Shown: positions 47,714 through 55,418 of the stretch, piece after piece
Layout of the letters: each line of letters opens with the position of its first letter
How positions within the stretch are numbered: the first letter of the stretch is position 1
NCBI GenBank assembly: GCA_016861085.1
Contig: BOKR01000001.1
Span: 195,271-259,270, forward strand
DNA length: 64,000 nt
Direction of reading: 5' to 3'
Source: Patescibacteria group bacterium
GTDB taxonomy: Bacteria; Patescibacteriota; Microgenomatia; UBA1400; PJMF01
Notes under the pieces: model-generated
The model's database searches: none
What the model was told of the DNA's origin: nothing
The model's input: the letters and a program-made list of their open reading frames with translations, nothing else
Made by a program: the position numbers and the translations under genes

Positions 47714-48568
47714 AATGAGATACTCAATTATTTTGAGTGGAATGTCAATTCCCGTTGCTTGCATGAAGCCATTAAACTGAGGGGCTCTGTTCACCTCCAT
47801 AACCATGAGTTTTCCATTCATATCTTTGATTAAGTCAACACCTGCTATTTCATATTGCATGCTCTGTGCTGCAGCAAGAGTAAGGTTTTTTTCTTCATCT
47901 GAGAGATTGTATATTTCTGCCGAACCTCCCAGTGATACATTATTTCTAAATTCAGATTCATCTTGGCGGTATCTTTTGATTGCTCCTTGAATTGTATTCC
48001 CGATAACAAACACACGAATATCACCCTCATTGTCAACAAATTTTTGGATTATCAAAGATTGGTTTTCACTCTCAAACACATCAAGCAATTCATCAAGGGA
48101 ATGACACTTATATACACCTTCACCTTTTGAACCATCAGTGACTTTTGCGATAACAGGATACGTAATTTTTTCTTTGATCATCTCAAATGATTTTTTTGAT
48201 ACAAAATAGCTATCGATGATTGGAATATTATTCTGTCTCAGCCTCTGGTATTCAAAGCTTTTTCGATCAATCCATGGTCTGTTATGACAAAAGACGCTGT
48301 CAATAACTGGAATAGAATGTGATAAACAAAATTCTGAAATGAGAGCTTCTTCTTCGATGTATGGTCCAACAGTTCTAAAGAAAACGATATCAAAATCAAG
48401 TATGTTGTGTTCACCGATATACAACTCATGATTTTGCTGGGAGTATTTTATTAGTAATTCATCAAGTTTTTTGATAACAAGTTCCACTCCTAATTTTTTT
48501 GCAGCTTCAGTAAAAAGTGGCTCATGCAAGTATTGTGTTTTTTTAACTAAAAAAAGAATTTTTTTCAT
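47699..48568 (-). CDS. rimK: RimK-like ATP-grasp alpha-L-glutamate ligase (paralog B, convergent with paralog A with a 15-nt overlap of their 3' ends)
   Basis: PVIAKVTDGSKGEGVYK, DIRVFVIGN, EVNRAPQFNGFMQATGIDIP. Confidence 0.75.
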   Translation of the reverse strand: MKKILFLVKKTQYLHEPLFTEAAKKLGVELVIKKLDELLIKYSQQNHELYIGEHNILDFDIVFFRTVGPYIEEEALISEFCLSHSIPVIDSVFCHNRPWIDRKSFEYQRLRQNNIPIIDSYFVSKKSFEMIKEKITYPVIAKVTDGSKGEGVYKCHSLDELLDVFESENQSLIIQKFVDNEGDIRVFVIGNTIQGAIKRYRQDESEFRNNVSLGGSAEIYNLSDEEKNLTLAAAQSMQYEIAGVDLIKDMNGKLMVMEVNRAPQFNGFMQATGIDIPLKIIEYLISRCR

Positions 48569-48584
48569 AGATTCTTATATACTA

Positions 48585-49541
48585 TTATAGTTCGTTGTAG
48601 TCTCCTATTTTTTTAATTTCTTGTGCGTATTTTTCTTTGCTCAGTGAAAGGAAACTGGGTAGTTGAGGGTGAAACTTGGGGTTGAGTAAGATAGCTTTTT
48701 CTACGTCTTCTAGAGCCAGTTTTCCAAAATACAAATTTGTGCTGTCAAAATTATTTTTTTTCAGCCACCCATAAACGTCTATAAGTCCTTCAAAATAAAC
48801 TAGGTCCTTAGTATAGCCTCCAGGTTTACTGGTGTCAGTAAGTCCCCTTTTTTTCTTGAGTGCCATTAGCCAGCGTCGTTCTGGATTTTGGATATATGTT
48901 CCAAGGAAATTCCAAATTTCAACAAACGATGCATGCTGTGCTTTGGATACTGTTATGTAGTCAAGAGCAGACCAATAAGCAAACTTAAAGCTACGAGGCA
49001 TAAGAAAATGTAGTGTTGCTAATCCTTCTTCTGTTTTTAAGTAATCTGAGAACCCATATTTTTTTTTGCTTTTGAACCACGGTTGTTTTTCGTAGTTAAT
49101 TCTTCGTAATGCGTGTGTACCAACTTCGTGATACAGCATGCCCAGTAATCCTTCTTTTCTAAAATCAGGTGGGAGTCTCAATTTTATAGTATCAGCTGTA
49201 ATGCTTGTTCTTGAAACGAATGATGAGGACCATACAATTTTGAATCGTTTTTGCAAATTATGCATATGCAAAAATGTATAAATTGTTTTTTCAATATCAC
49301 GCTGTGAAACAACTGGACCTTCCATTTTTTGCAGGTCATCTTCTGTTTTGCCAAAGTATGCTTTTTCAACAATATTTTCTGCTATTTTGAGATATGCATT
49401 TGTAGTTGGTCCATATTTTTCTAATTTGTTTTGGTCAATTGATTCTGCATATCTAAATTGTGGATTGTAGGTTTGGTCGGCAAAAAACTTTTCTTTTTCT
49501 TGGTTGAGATTTTTAGGAATAAGTGAGGTTACAAAAGACAT
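48585..49541 (-). CDS. DUF1704 / MATCAP-family putative metallopeptidase ('QEGLA-motif' protein)
   Basis: Atypical HExxxH zinc motif (YHEVGTH) and the TEEGLATL equivalent of the QEGLA signature. Confidence 0.6.
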   Translation of the reverse strand: MSFVTSLIPKNLNQEKEKFFADQTYNPQFRYAESIDQNKLEKYGPTTNAYLKIAENIVEKAYFGKTEDDLQKMEGPVVSQRDIEKTIYTFLHMHNLQKRFKIVWSSSFVSRTSITADTIKLRLPPDFRKEGLLGMLYHEVGTHALRRINYEKQPWFKSKKKYGFSDYLKTEEGLATLHFLMPRSFKFAYWSALDYITVSKAQHASFVEIWNFLGTYIQNPERRWLMALKKKRGLTDTSKPGGYTKDLVYFEGLIDVYGWLKKNNFDSTNLYFGKLALEDVEKAILLNPKFHPQLPSFLSLSKEKYAQEIKKIGDYNEL

Positions 49542-49547
49542 AGATTT

Positions 49548-50837
49548 TTATTCTATTTCGTCGTCGCCAACAAGAAATCCCTGAAGATCTTTTCGGCCCA
49601 ACTCAATTTTGTGTTTTAATTTATTTAATTTCTTCACAACAATCATCGCGGTTGTAATCTTTTTATCTTTGATTTTTATCTTAACTTCAATAACTGGTAC
49701 TTTGCCCTCAATGATTTCTTGTTGTCTCCATAACAAATCATCAATGTCAAATAACCCAAGGTCATGAGCAAATTTTTCACTAATCGCACTGCGATATCTA
49801 CCTGTATTGACTAAAGTTTCAGACTCGTGTTCCTTATTATTTTCGTCATAGACTATAATAGTTGGTTGGGTTGAGATAACTTGTACTCCTGCATCAATTT
49901 TTATTTGATCTGAAAAATTATGTGTAAATAAAGCCTGAGCAACTTTTACCCCATGTTTTGGACTGGTAATTTCCAAGCCCTCTACTCGCTCAATTCTTCG
50001 TTTTAACCCTGCTCTATTACAAATTTGAATAGAAAGCCCCGGGAAACCGTTCAGTTCTACGATCATGGGACCTTTTTCAGGGTGAATAAAAATATCAGCT
50101 CCCATAAACTTATATCCAGCCACACTGGCTGCTTTCACAGCGGTTTCAAGTACCCTATTCCAGTGTGGGATTTTGATCCCAGAGACTTTTTTTTTGGTTC
50201 CTGGAAAATGTGTAATTCGCTCTTTTTTTCCTTTGACAGCATAGGTTGTCAATCCTGTTGCAATGTCTATTCCAAGGCCAATAGCTCCCTGGTCTAGGTT
50301 AGCTTTGCCTTCTGACTCTTTGGTTGGAATACGAGCCATGGCCATAACTGGGACAGAGTTAAACACGACGACTCGAATGTCAGGCGTCCCTTTGTATGAA
50401 TATTTGCTTAGGTCTGGATGAGCTGGTATTTTTTCTTCTAAAATTGCTTTGTGTGCGCTGCCCCAAGTGCTAAACTCGCCATCAAGGATGTTGTTAACAT
50501 GGAGGTTTAGGTCATCTTCAGAAATAGTTGCCCCTGTAGACAGTTTCCACTGTGCTTTGTTTGTCAGTTTTTTTGTGACTACCCAAATTCCTTTACCCGC
50601 ACTGCCGCTGGCAGGTTTCAAAACGAACGGAACAGGAATAATTTCCCAATTAATATTGTCTATATCTTGCAATGTTTCAAAGACATGAAACACTTGTGCT
50701 GTTGCTATATTATTCTCGATAAGCAACTCTTTTGTTTTGAGTTTAGAAAAACCATAGTTTTTGGCTTTGATAGAGTTCAATTTGGTGTACTGATACCTGG
50801 CGTTCATGCCAAGGATATGAGATGGTTTAACTGACAT
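49548..50837 (-). CDS. Fusion of a RimK-related ATP-grasp ligase (alpha-L-glutamate ligase-like) with a C-terminal retropepsin-like 'ATP-dependent Zn protease' (PF05618-like) domain
   Basis: The ATP-grasp carries LKPASGSAGKGIWVV, DIRVVVFNSVPVMAMARIP and IVELNGFPGLS. The C-terminal approx. 100 aa align to the RimK-associated retropepsin-like domain (..LVNTGRYRSAIS.. versus family ..DTGAxTSxL..; C-terminal ELGRKDLQGFLVGDDE versus LLGRxAL.GxFLVDP). Confidence 0.6.
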   Translation of the reverse strand: MSVKPSHILGMNARYQYTKLNSIKAKNYGFSKLKTKELLIENNIATAQVFHVFETLQDIDNINWEIIPVPFVLKPASGSAGKGIWVVTKKLTNKAQWKLSTGATISEDDLNLHVNNILDGEFSTWGSAHKAILEEKIPAHPDLSKYSYKGTPDIRVVVFNSVPVMAMARIPTKESEGKANLDQGAIGLGIDIATGLTTYAVKGKKERITHFPGTKKKVSGIKIPHWNRVLETAVKAASVAGYKFMGADIFIHPEKGPMIVELNGFPGLSIQICNRAGLKRRIERVEGLEITSPKHGVKVAQALFTHNFSDQIKIDAGVQVISTQPTIIVYDENNKEHESETLVNTGRYRSAISEKFAHDLGLFDIDDLLWRQQEIIEGKVPVIEVKIKIKDKKITTAMIVVKKLNKLKHKIELGRKDLQGFLVGDDEIE

Positions 50838-50842
50838 GGACG

Positions 50843-51802
50843 TTATTCTTCCTCTTCAATTAAAGACCTAAAACGTAATCGCTCGCTGATTCTTAAACCG
50901 ACGAACTTTCCAATCAAAATGTTAATAAAGCCTGAAAAGAACATAAGAAGTTCTGGTTCTGATAATGCAAATTGCTGGAGTGGCTCCCATTTTAGTAAGA
51001 ACCCAGAAACCACAGCCAAAGCAATTGTTTCAATTGTCAACGCAAGTGCTTCACTCTGCTTAGTCCTTGCTTGAGCATCTAAGAAGTTTTCTGCCAAAAG
51101 GATCAAAATTAAAATTGGGAATATATTGACACTTAATAAAGTGTTTAGTTTCACAAATGGTGCTACGACCAATGTGACAAAAATACCGATAGAAACTATC
51201 CAAAGTAGTAACGCAGTTCGGGGGAGATATGAAATTTTCGCAAGTTTAAGGAAGCGTTTTGCAATTAAAGCAGCAATGGCAATCACAAAGAAAATTAACA
51301 AGCCTTCAATAACACCTGTTGAGACAAGTGCAACCGAAAGAACAGCAGGAATGTAAATTCCAAAACCTCTCAGACCAATAATGTGTCTAGATGCGGCAAT
51401 AAAAGATGCAATCAATGGGAACAAGAGCAACAACACAAGCACGTTCACTGGTAAACCATTAGCAACAGCTTGTCTAATAGCATGTTGCAAAAAATTATTC
51501 CAATTTAACTTTTCTGGAGGGTTTTCATCAAGATATGCCTCAAGCCTACTTTTTTGTTTACCTCCAGTTTCGGTAATGTCTTGATCTTTTTTTTCTTGGA
51601 TTTTTTCAACGATTTCGGCAGAAGGAGTGGCTAATCTAGCGCTATCAGTGGCTTCCCCTGCTTGTGTAGCGACAGAAGTGGTGTCTATCACAATTTCTGC
51701 ATCTTCTAGGGTCACTGCGTAAGAAATTTTTGGGTTGAGAACTAGCGCAAAGGAAGTAAAGAACGCAAAAAAAACTACTACTGCTAATTGGCTGATCTTC
51801 AT
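50843..51802 (-). CDS. Seven-TM membrane protein, a 7TM_transglut-like module without a transglutaminase domain
   Basis: N-terminal signal/TM, an approx. 90-aa extracytoplasmic segment, then seven hydrophobic helices. It lies immediately upstream of the ATP-grasp/retropepsin gene with a 5-nt gap. I preferred the start at the ATG 51800-51802. Confidence 0.5.
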   Translation of the reverse strand: MKISQLAVVVFFAFFTSFALVLNPKISYAVTLEDAEIVIDTTSVATQAGEATDSARLATPSAEIVEKIQEKKDQDITETGGKQKSRLEAYLDENPPEKLNWNNFLQHAIRQAVANGLPVNVLVLLLLFPLIASFIAASRHIIGLRGFGIYIPAVLSVALVSTGVIEGLLIFFVIAIAALIAKRFLKLAKISYLPRTALLLWIVSIGIFVTLVVAPFVKLNTLLSVNIFPILILILLAENFLDAQARTKQSEALALTIETIALAVVSGFLLKWEPLQQFALSEPELLMFFSGFINILIGKFVGLRISERLRFRSLIEEEE

Positions 51803-51821
51803 AGGTATATTATACCTTACA

Positions 51822-52217
51822 TCACAAAATCTTGCTGATAATGGAATGGACGAAGCCAAGTAAAATCGATACAAATACAAGTGACCAAAATTGAGACAAT
51901 TGTGTGCCAAATACTATCATTTCTTGAATATGAAATCCTGGGACTAAATAGGTGGCTAGCCAAAGGAGAAAAATATTGATTATTCCAGAGAATAATCCAA
52001 GTGTGATTATATTTATAGGAAGAAATAGTAATTTGAGTACTGGTCTGACCAATGAATATAGGATTGTGAGAACGATACTTGCAATTATTAAGGTTGCCAA
52101 ACTGGTGAAACCAACAGTAGGCAACGCCCAAGCCAGGACACCTAATGTAAAAGCTGTTATTAGTATTGCTCGCAACATATTACTATGTAGTATAGCAAAT
52201 TGTGAAACGCTACTCAA
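51822..52217 (-). CDS. DUF360 (phage holin 4_2-like) small 4-TM membrane protein
   Basis: VRPVLKLLFLPINIITLGLFSGIINIFLLWLAT matches the DUF360 core (RPxL..LxLP...LTLGLF..V.NA). Confidence 0.5.
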   Translation of the reverse strand: MSSVSQFAILHSNMLRAILITAFTLGVLAWALPTVGFTSLATLIIASIVLTILYSLVRPVLKLLFLPINIITLGLFSGIINIFLLWLATYLVPGFHIQEMIVFGTQLSQFWSLVFVSILLGFVHSIISKIL

Positions 52218-53655
52218 ACATTGCTGTTAACCGCTTTTTCTTGTGTTGCTTTTGTGCAAAGCGATGTGACTCATCTCTAATCTGCTGAATTAGTTTTAGT
52301 GTTGGATGACTTGAATCAAGTTTAACGAGGTGGTATTTAAGGTTACTTATTTTTCTACCATGTTCCACTTGTGTTTCGTAATATGGCAAGACTAGCCTAT
52401 CTGGATTCTTAGCGATCCCGATTACAGGTACGTACCATTTCCATAGTTTCAAAACTGATTTTACTTGTCCTTTACCACCGTCAATCAAGACTAAATTTGG
52501 AGTCCCCCACTCTGGGTGGTTTTGTCTTCTAACGATTGCTTCTTGCAACATATGAAAATCATTTGGCGTATTAAGCGTTTTAATGTTAAAAATGCGGTAT
52601 TGGTCTGTGTCTGGTTGTCCATTAGTAAAGGTAACCAACGAAACAGCTGGATTTGTACCTTGGATGTTGCTGACGTCGTAACCTTCTATTCTAGTAAGTG
52701 GCATTTGCTTTGGAAGGCCTAAATATTGGGAAAGAATTTTTTGTAAGTAAATAACGCCATCCTCACTAATTTGTTCTTTGAGTGCTGCAGTTGTGAGTTC
52801 AGGCTTTAGTTTGTGTTGCTTGCTGGTAACTTCTGCAATCAATTTAAGTTGATCTCGCACAACTGCAGCCTCCTCATAATTTTGGGTTTCGATTGCTTGC
52901 CCCATTTTTTGTTGCAGTGAGTCGGTAACTAACTTTTTTTTACCTCTCAAAAAATGAATTAAATTTTGAATATTTTCGTTATATTTTCCTGGGGAAATCT
53001 CACCAATACAGGCACCTGGACACAAATCTAAGTGGTAATAAAAGCATGGTTGATTATCCTTGTTTCTTCTATTTTCGTGTGCTAGTTTTTTATTGCACCA
53101 AGGAAAAATTTTTCGAGCAATGTTCAAGACTTCATTTGTTTTATAGGCACTGGGAAATGGTCCAAGGACTGTTGTCCCATTTCGTTGTTTTTTTTGTAAC
53201 TCTTTTTTTCTAACTTTTAATACCCTAGGATAAACTTCATCGGTAATTTCTATGTATAGTGGACTCTTGTCGTCTTTTAAAAGTGTGTTGTATTCTGGTT
53301 GGTAGGTTCGAATCAGTTCAGCTTCAACCAACAATGCTTGTAGTTCACTTTCAAGTACTTTGTGTTTGACGGTTTGAGCGAGTGAAACCATCTGTTTTAT
53401 TTTGCTTGTTAGCAGTGGATATTTGGCGTACGAACTAACTCTGTTCTTGAGTTTCTTGGCTTTTCCGACGTATAAGACTTGAGAGTTTTGGCCGATAAAC
53501 CAATACACTCCCGGTGACAAGGGTAATGATGATAAAGCCGACTCCCAAATAAAGGTAGGTTTCTTGTTTTTGGAGGGCGGTAATGAGCTGTGGTCCGCTG
53601 ACGATTTGTTGTTGGGCTGGTTCATAAAGTGCTTCTCCAGTGTTTTTCCATACAT
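52210..53655 (-). CDS. uvrC: Excinuclease ABC subunit C, a short form without the C-terminal (HhH)2 domain
   Basis: GIY-YIG (PGVYWFIGQNSQVLYVGKAKKLKNRVSSY), UvrBC-interaction region, and RNase H-like endonuclease domain. The true start is uncertain: the ATG-defined N-terminus overlaps the upstream gene by about 220 nt, and a TTG at 53518-53520 just before the GIY-YIG domain is an alternative. Confidence 0.8.
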   Translation of the reverse strand: MYGKTLEKHFMNQPNNKSSADHSSLPPSKNKKPTFIWESALSSLPLSPGVYWFIGQNSQVLYVGKAKKLKNRVSSYAKYPLLTSKIKQMVSLAQTVKHKVLESELQALLVEAELIRTYQPEYNTLLKDDKSPLYIEITDEVYPRVLKVRKKELQKKQRNGTTVLGPFPSAYKTNEVLNIARKIFPWCNKKLAHENRRNKDNQPCFYYHLDLCPGACIGEISPGKYNENIQNLIHFLRGKKKLVTDSLQQKMGQAIETQNYEEAAVVRDQLKLIAEVTSKQHKLKPELTTAALKEQISEDGVIYLQKILSQYLGLPKQMPLTRIEGYDVSNIQGTNPAVSLVTFTNGQPDTDQYRIFNIKTLNTPNDFHMLQEAIVRRQNHPEWGTPNLVLIDGGKGQVKSVLKLWKWYVPVIGIAKNPDRLVLPYYETQVEHGRKISNLKYHLVKLDSSHPTLKLIQQIRDESHRFAQKQHKKKRLTAMFE

Positions 53656-55378
53656 AGTTTACCGTGATTTCGCTTCTTTTTGGAACTGACAAACCTTTTG
53701 TGAAGAACGTTGCTGAAAAGGTTTTTGTTTGATATGGCAATAATACTGCTAAAGTACTATTTTCTCCCAGTGCTACATCTATTTCAGGATCCTGCGCTAT
53801 AATCTGTGGTTGTATATCATACCAGGCCTGTCCAGTGTCGTTACTAATTGAAATAGTGAACATGCCCGGAATAGGAATAAAAAAGAATTTTTTTTGCTCA
53901 ACTTTTGTTGAAATTGCTGGGCCGATATTTGGGAACGGTTCGTCACTAATAGTGACGTCTACGTCTTTCGTTTCCTCTTGTGAAAGTGCTTTATAGCTTC
54001 CTGCTGGGTTGGGAAGGGTGCTGGAATTACCATTAATTGCAAACACAATATGGTTGAGATCAAATAGGTTGAAGTAGTCTACTCCTCCAGTGGTGTTTCC
54101 CCATGTGGGATCAATAGGAATCCAACGATTCTGTTGCTGATCAAAATATTCTGGCCAAGAATGTAGGATATCACCTGCAAAACTGAGTGGTCGTAGGATT
54201 GAGTTTTCTGAGTACGCATACCCTACTAATCTTCGAGCGGGTATATTTGCTGCTCTGGCAATCGCAATAAAGCTATCTGTGAATTCTTGACAGACCGCAT
54301 CTTCACTGTTCTTAAATGCGTCGACAGCTCCATAGCGAGTTAGTGTCTCTAGAGTGATTTCCCTTCTAGAGTACTGTAGGGTATCAACTACATGATCATA
54401 TATAGATTCAGCGGTTGGAAACGACTGTGCTTTTTCTTTGATTATTGAGTTATTACTCTCCCAGTATTTATCATTTTGGGTATGATTTTTTTGCACCGGG
54501 ACTCCTGGAACGATTATATTTGGTTCAAGGGTTACTTGGGCTACTGCTGTTAAATGTACTACAGTTACAGATGAAGCAGGAATTTTATATGAGGCGATCC
54601 AATTCCCATCGGCATCTTGTTTTATTTCTTCAGGAAGTGGATCAAGATCATGGTAGTGGAGCTTTTGATATTGTGTGTCTGGCGGTAAGGCAATTTGTGC
54701 AATAGCTGGACTACTAGAGGGATTTTCTAGGTGATATCTTAGTGTCATTTTGTAATTTTGTTCCGTGCCAAAGATTGCTGAAATTGGTTCACCTTTTGGG
54801 AGGTCAAATACAATTTTGGCTTCAGTCTGAACAAACTCTGACGAGGTTGGGGTTGGGGTAACCCTAACGGGAAGCGAGAAAAAAACTGGAGTGTAGAGAA
54901 TTGTTCTATTTGAATCGAATGTATTTTCATCTCCAAGTTGAGGAATATGGACTTCTAGAACTCTTCCGGCTACTAAAGCCACATCTGGATTTGAGTACTC
55001 AATAGTGAAATCTCTGACTTTTCCTTGGCCAACAACTTCATCTTCAAAAGTAATTCCAATACTTGTCCCACTTTCGTTACTGACAATGTTTGCTGGAATC
55101 TCTTTTGACCCCGATTTTACTATGATATTTTGCAAGCCAAAATAAGTTGTCTTTAGCGCATATTGTTTAAGATAAATAGTTGGTGTTTTATTGGTTATTC
55201 GTATATGGTGAGAAACGAACGTATTGCCATCTCTTGAAACTCTATATGTCGTTTCAATGGTTGTATTAAAATTTTCTTTTGCAGTATTTTCTTGTGCCAA
55301 AACAGATGAAGCGCTAAAAGGTAGCGTCAAAAAGAACAAGAAAAAAACAGTAAAAATACCACGTAATAATTGACGCAT
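53435..55378 (-). CDS. Secreted/membrane-anchored transglutaminase-like cysteine protease (TGc) with a large N-terminal beta-rich domain
   Basis: Signal peptide, a TGc core with Cys (VCQEFTD), His (LHSWPEY) and Asp (IPIDPT) in canonical order and spacing, and a C-terminal TM helix with a basic tail. Confidence 0.65.
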   Translation of the reverse strand: MRQLLRGIFTVFFLFFLTLPFSASSVLAQENTAKENFNTTIETTYRVSRDGNTFVSHHIRITNKTPTIYLKQYALKTTYFGLQNIIVKSGSKEIPANIVSNESGTSIGITFEDEVVGQGKVRDFTIEYSNPDVALVAGRVLEVHIPQLGDENTFDSNRTILYTPVFFSLPVRVTPTPTSSEFVQTEAKIVFDLPKGEPISAIFGTEQNYKMTLRYHLENPSSSPAIAQIALPPDTQYQKLHYHDLDPLPEEIKQDADGNWIASYKIPASSVTVVHLTAVAQVTLEPNIIVPGVPVQKNHTQNDKYWESNNSIIKEKAQSFPTAESIYDHVVDTLQYSRREITLETLTRYGAVDAFKNSEDAVCQEFTDSFIAIARAANIPARRLVGYAYSENSILRPLSFAGDILHSWPEYFDQQQNRWIPIDPTWGNTTGGVDYFNLFDLNHIVFAINGNSSTLPNPAGSYKALSQEETKDVDVTISDEPFPNIGPAISTKVEQKKFFFIPIPGMFTISISNDTGQAWYDIQPQIIAQDPEIDVALGENSTLAVLLPYQTKTFSATFFTKGLSVPKRSEITVNYVWKNTGEALYEPAQQQIVSGPQLITALQKQETYLYLGVGFIIITLVTGSVLVYRPKLSSLIRRKSQETQEQS

Positions 55379-55418
55379 GCTTTTATTGTAACTGCTTTGT
55401 TAAGAAATTGGCAGACCG

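Noticed and set aside
51817-52131. 104-aa ORF overlapping the DUF360 gene in another frame
   Set aside because: The alternative frame at 51822..52217 gives a clean 4-TM DUF360 protein with its signature motif, so this one is spurious.
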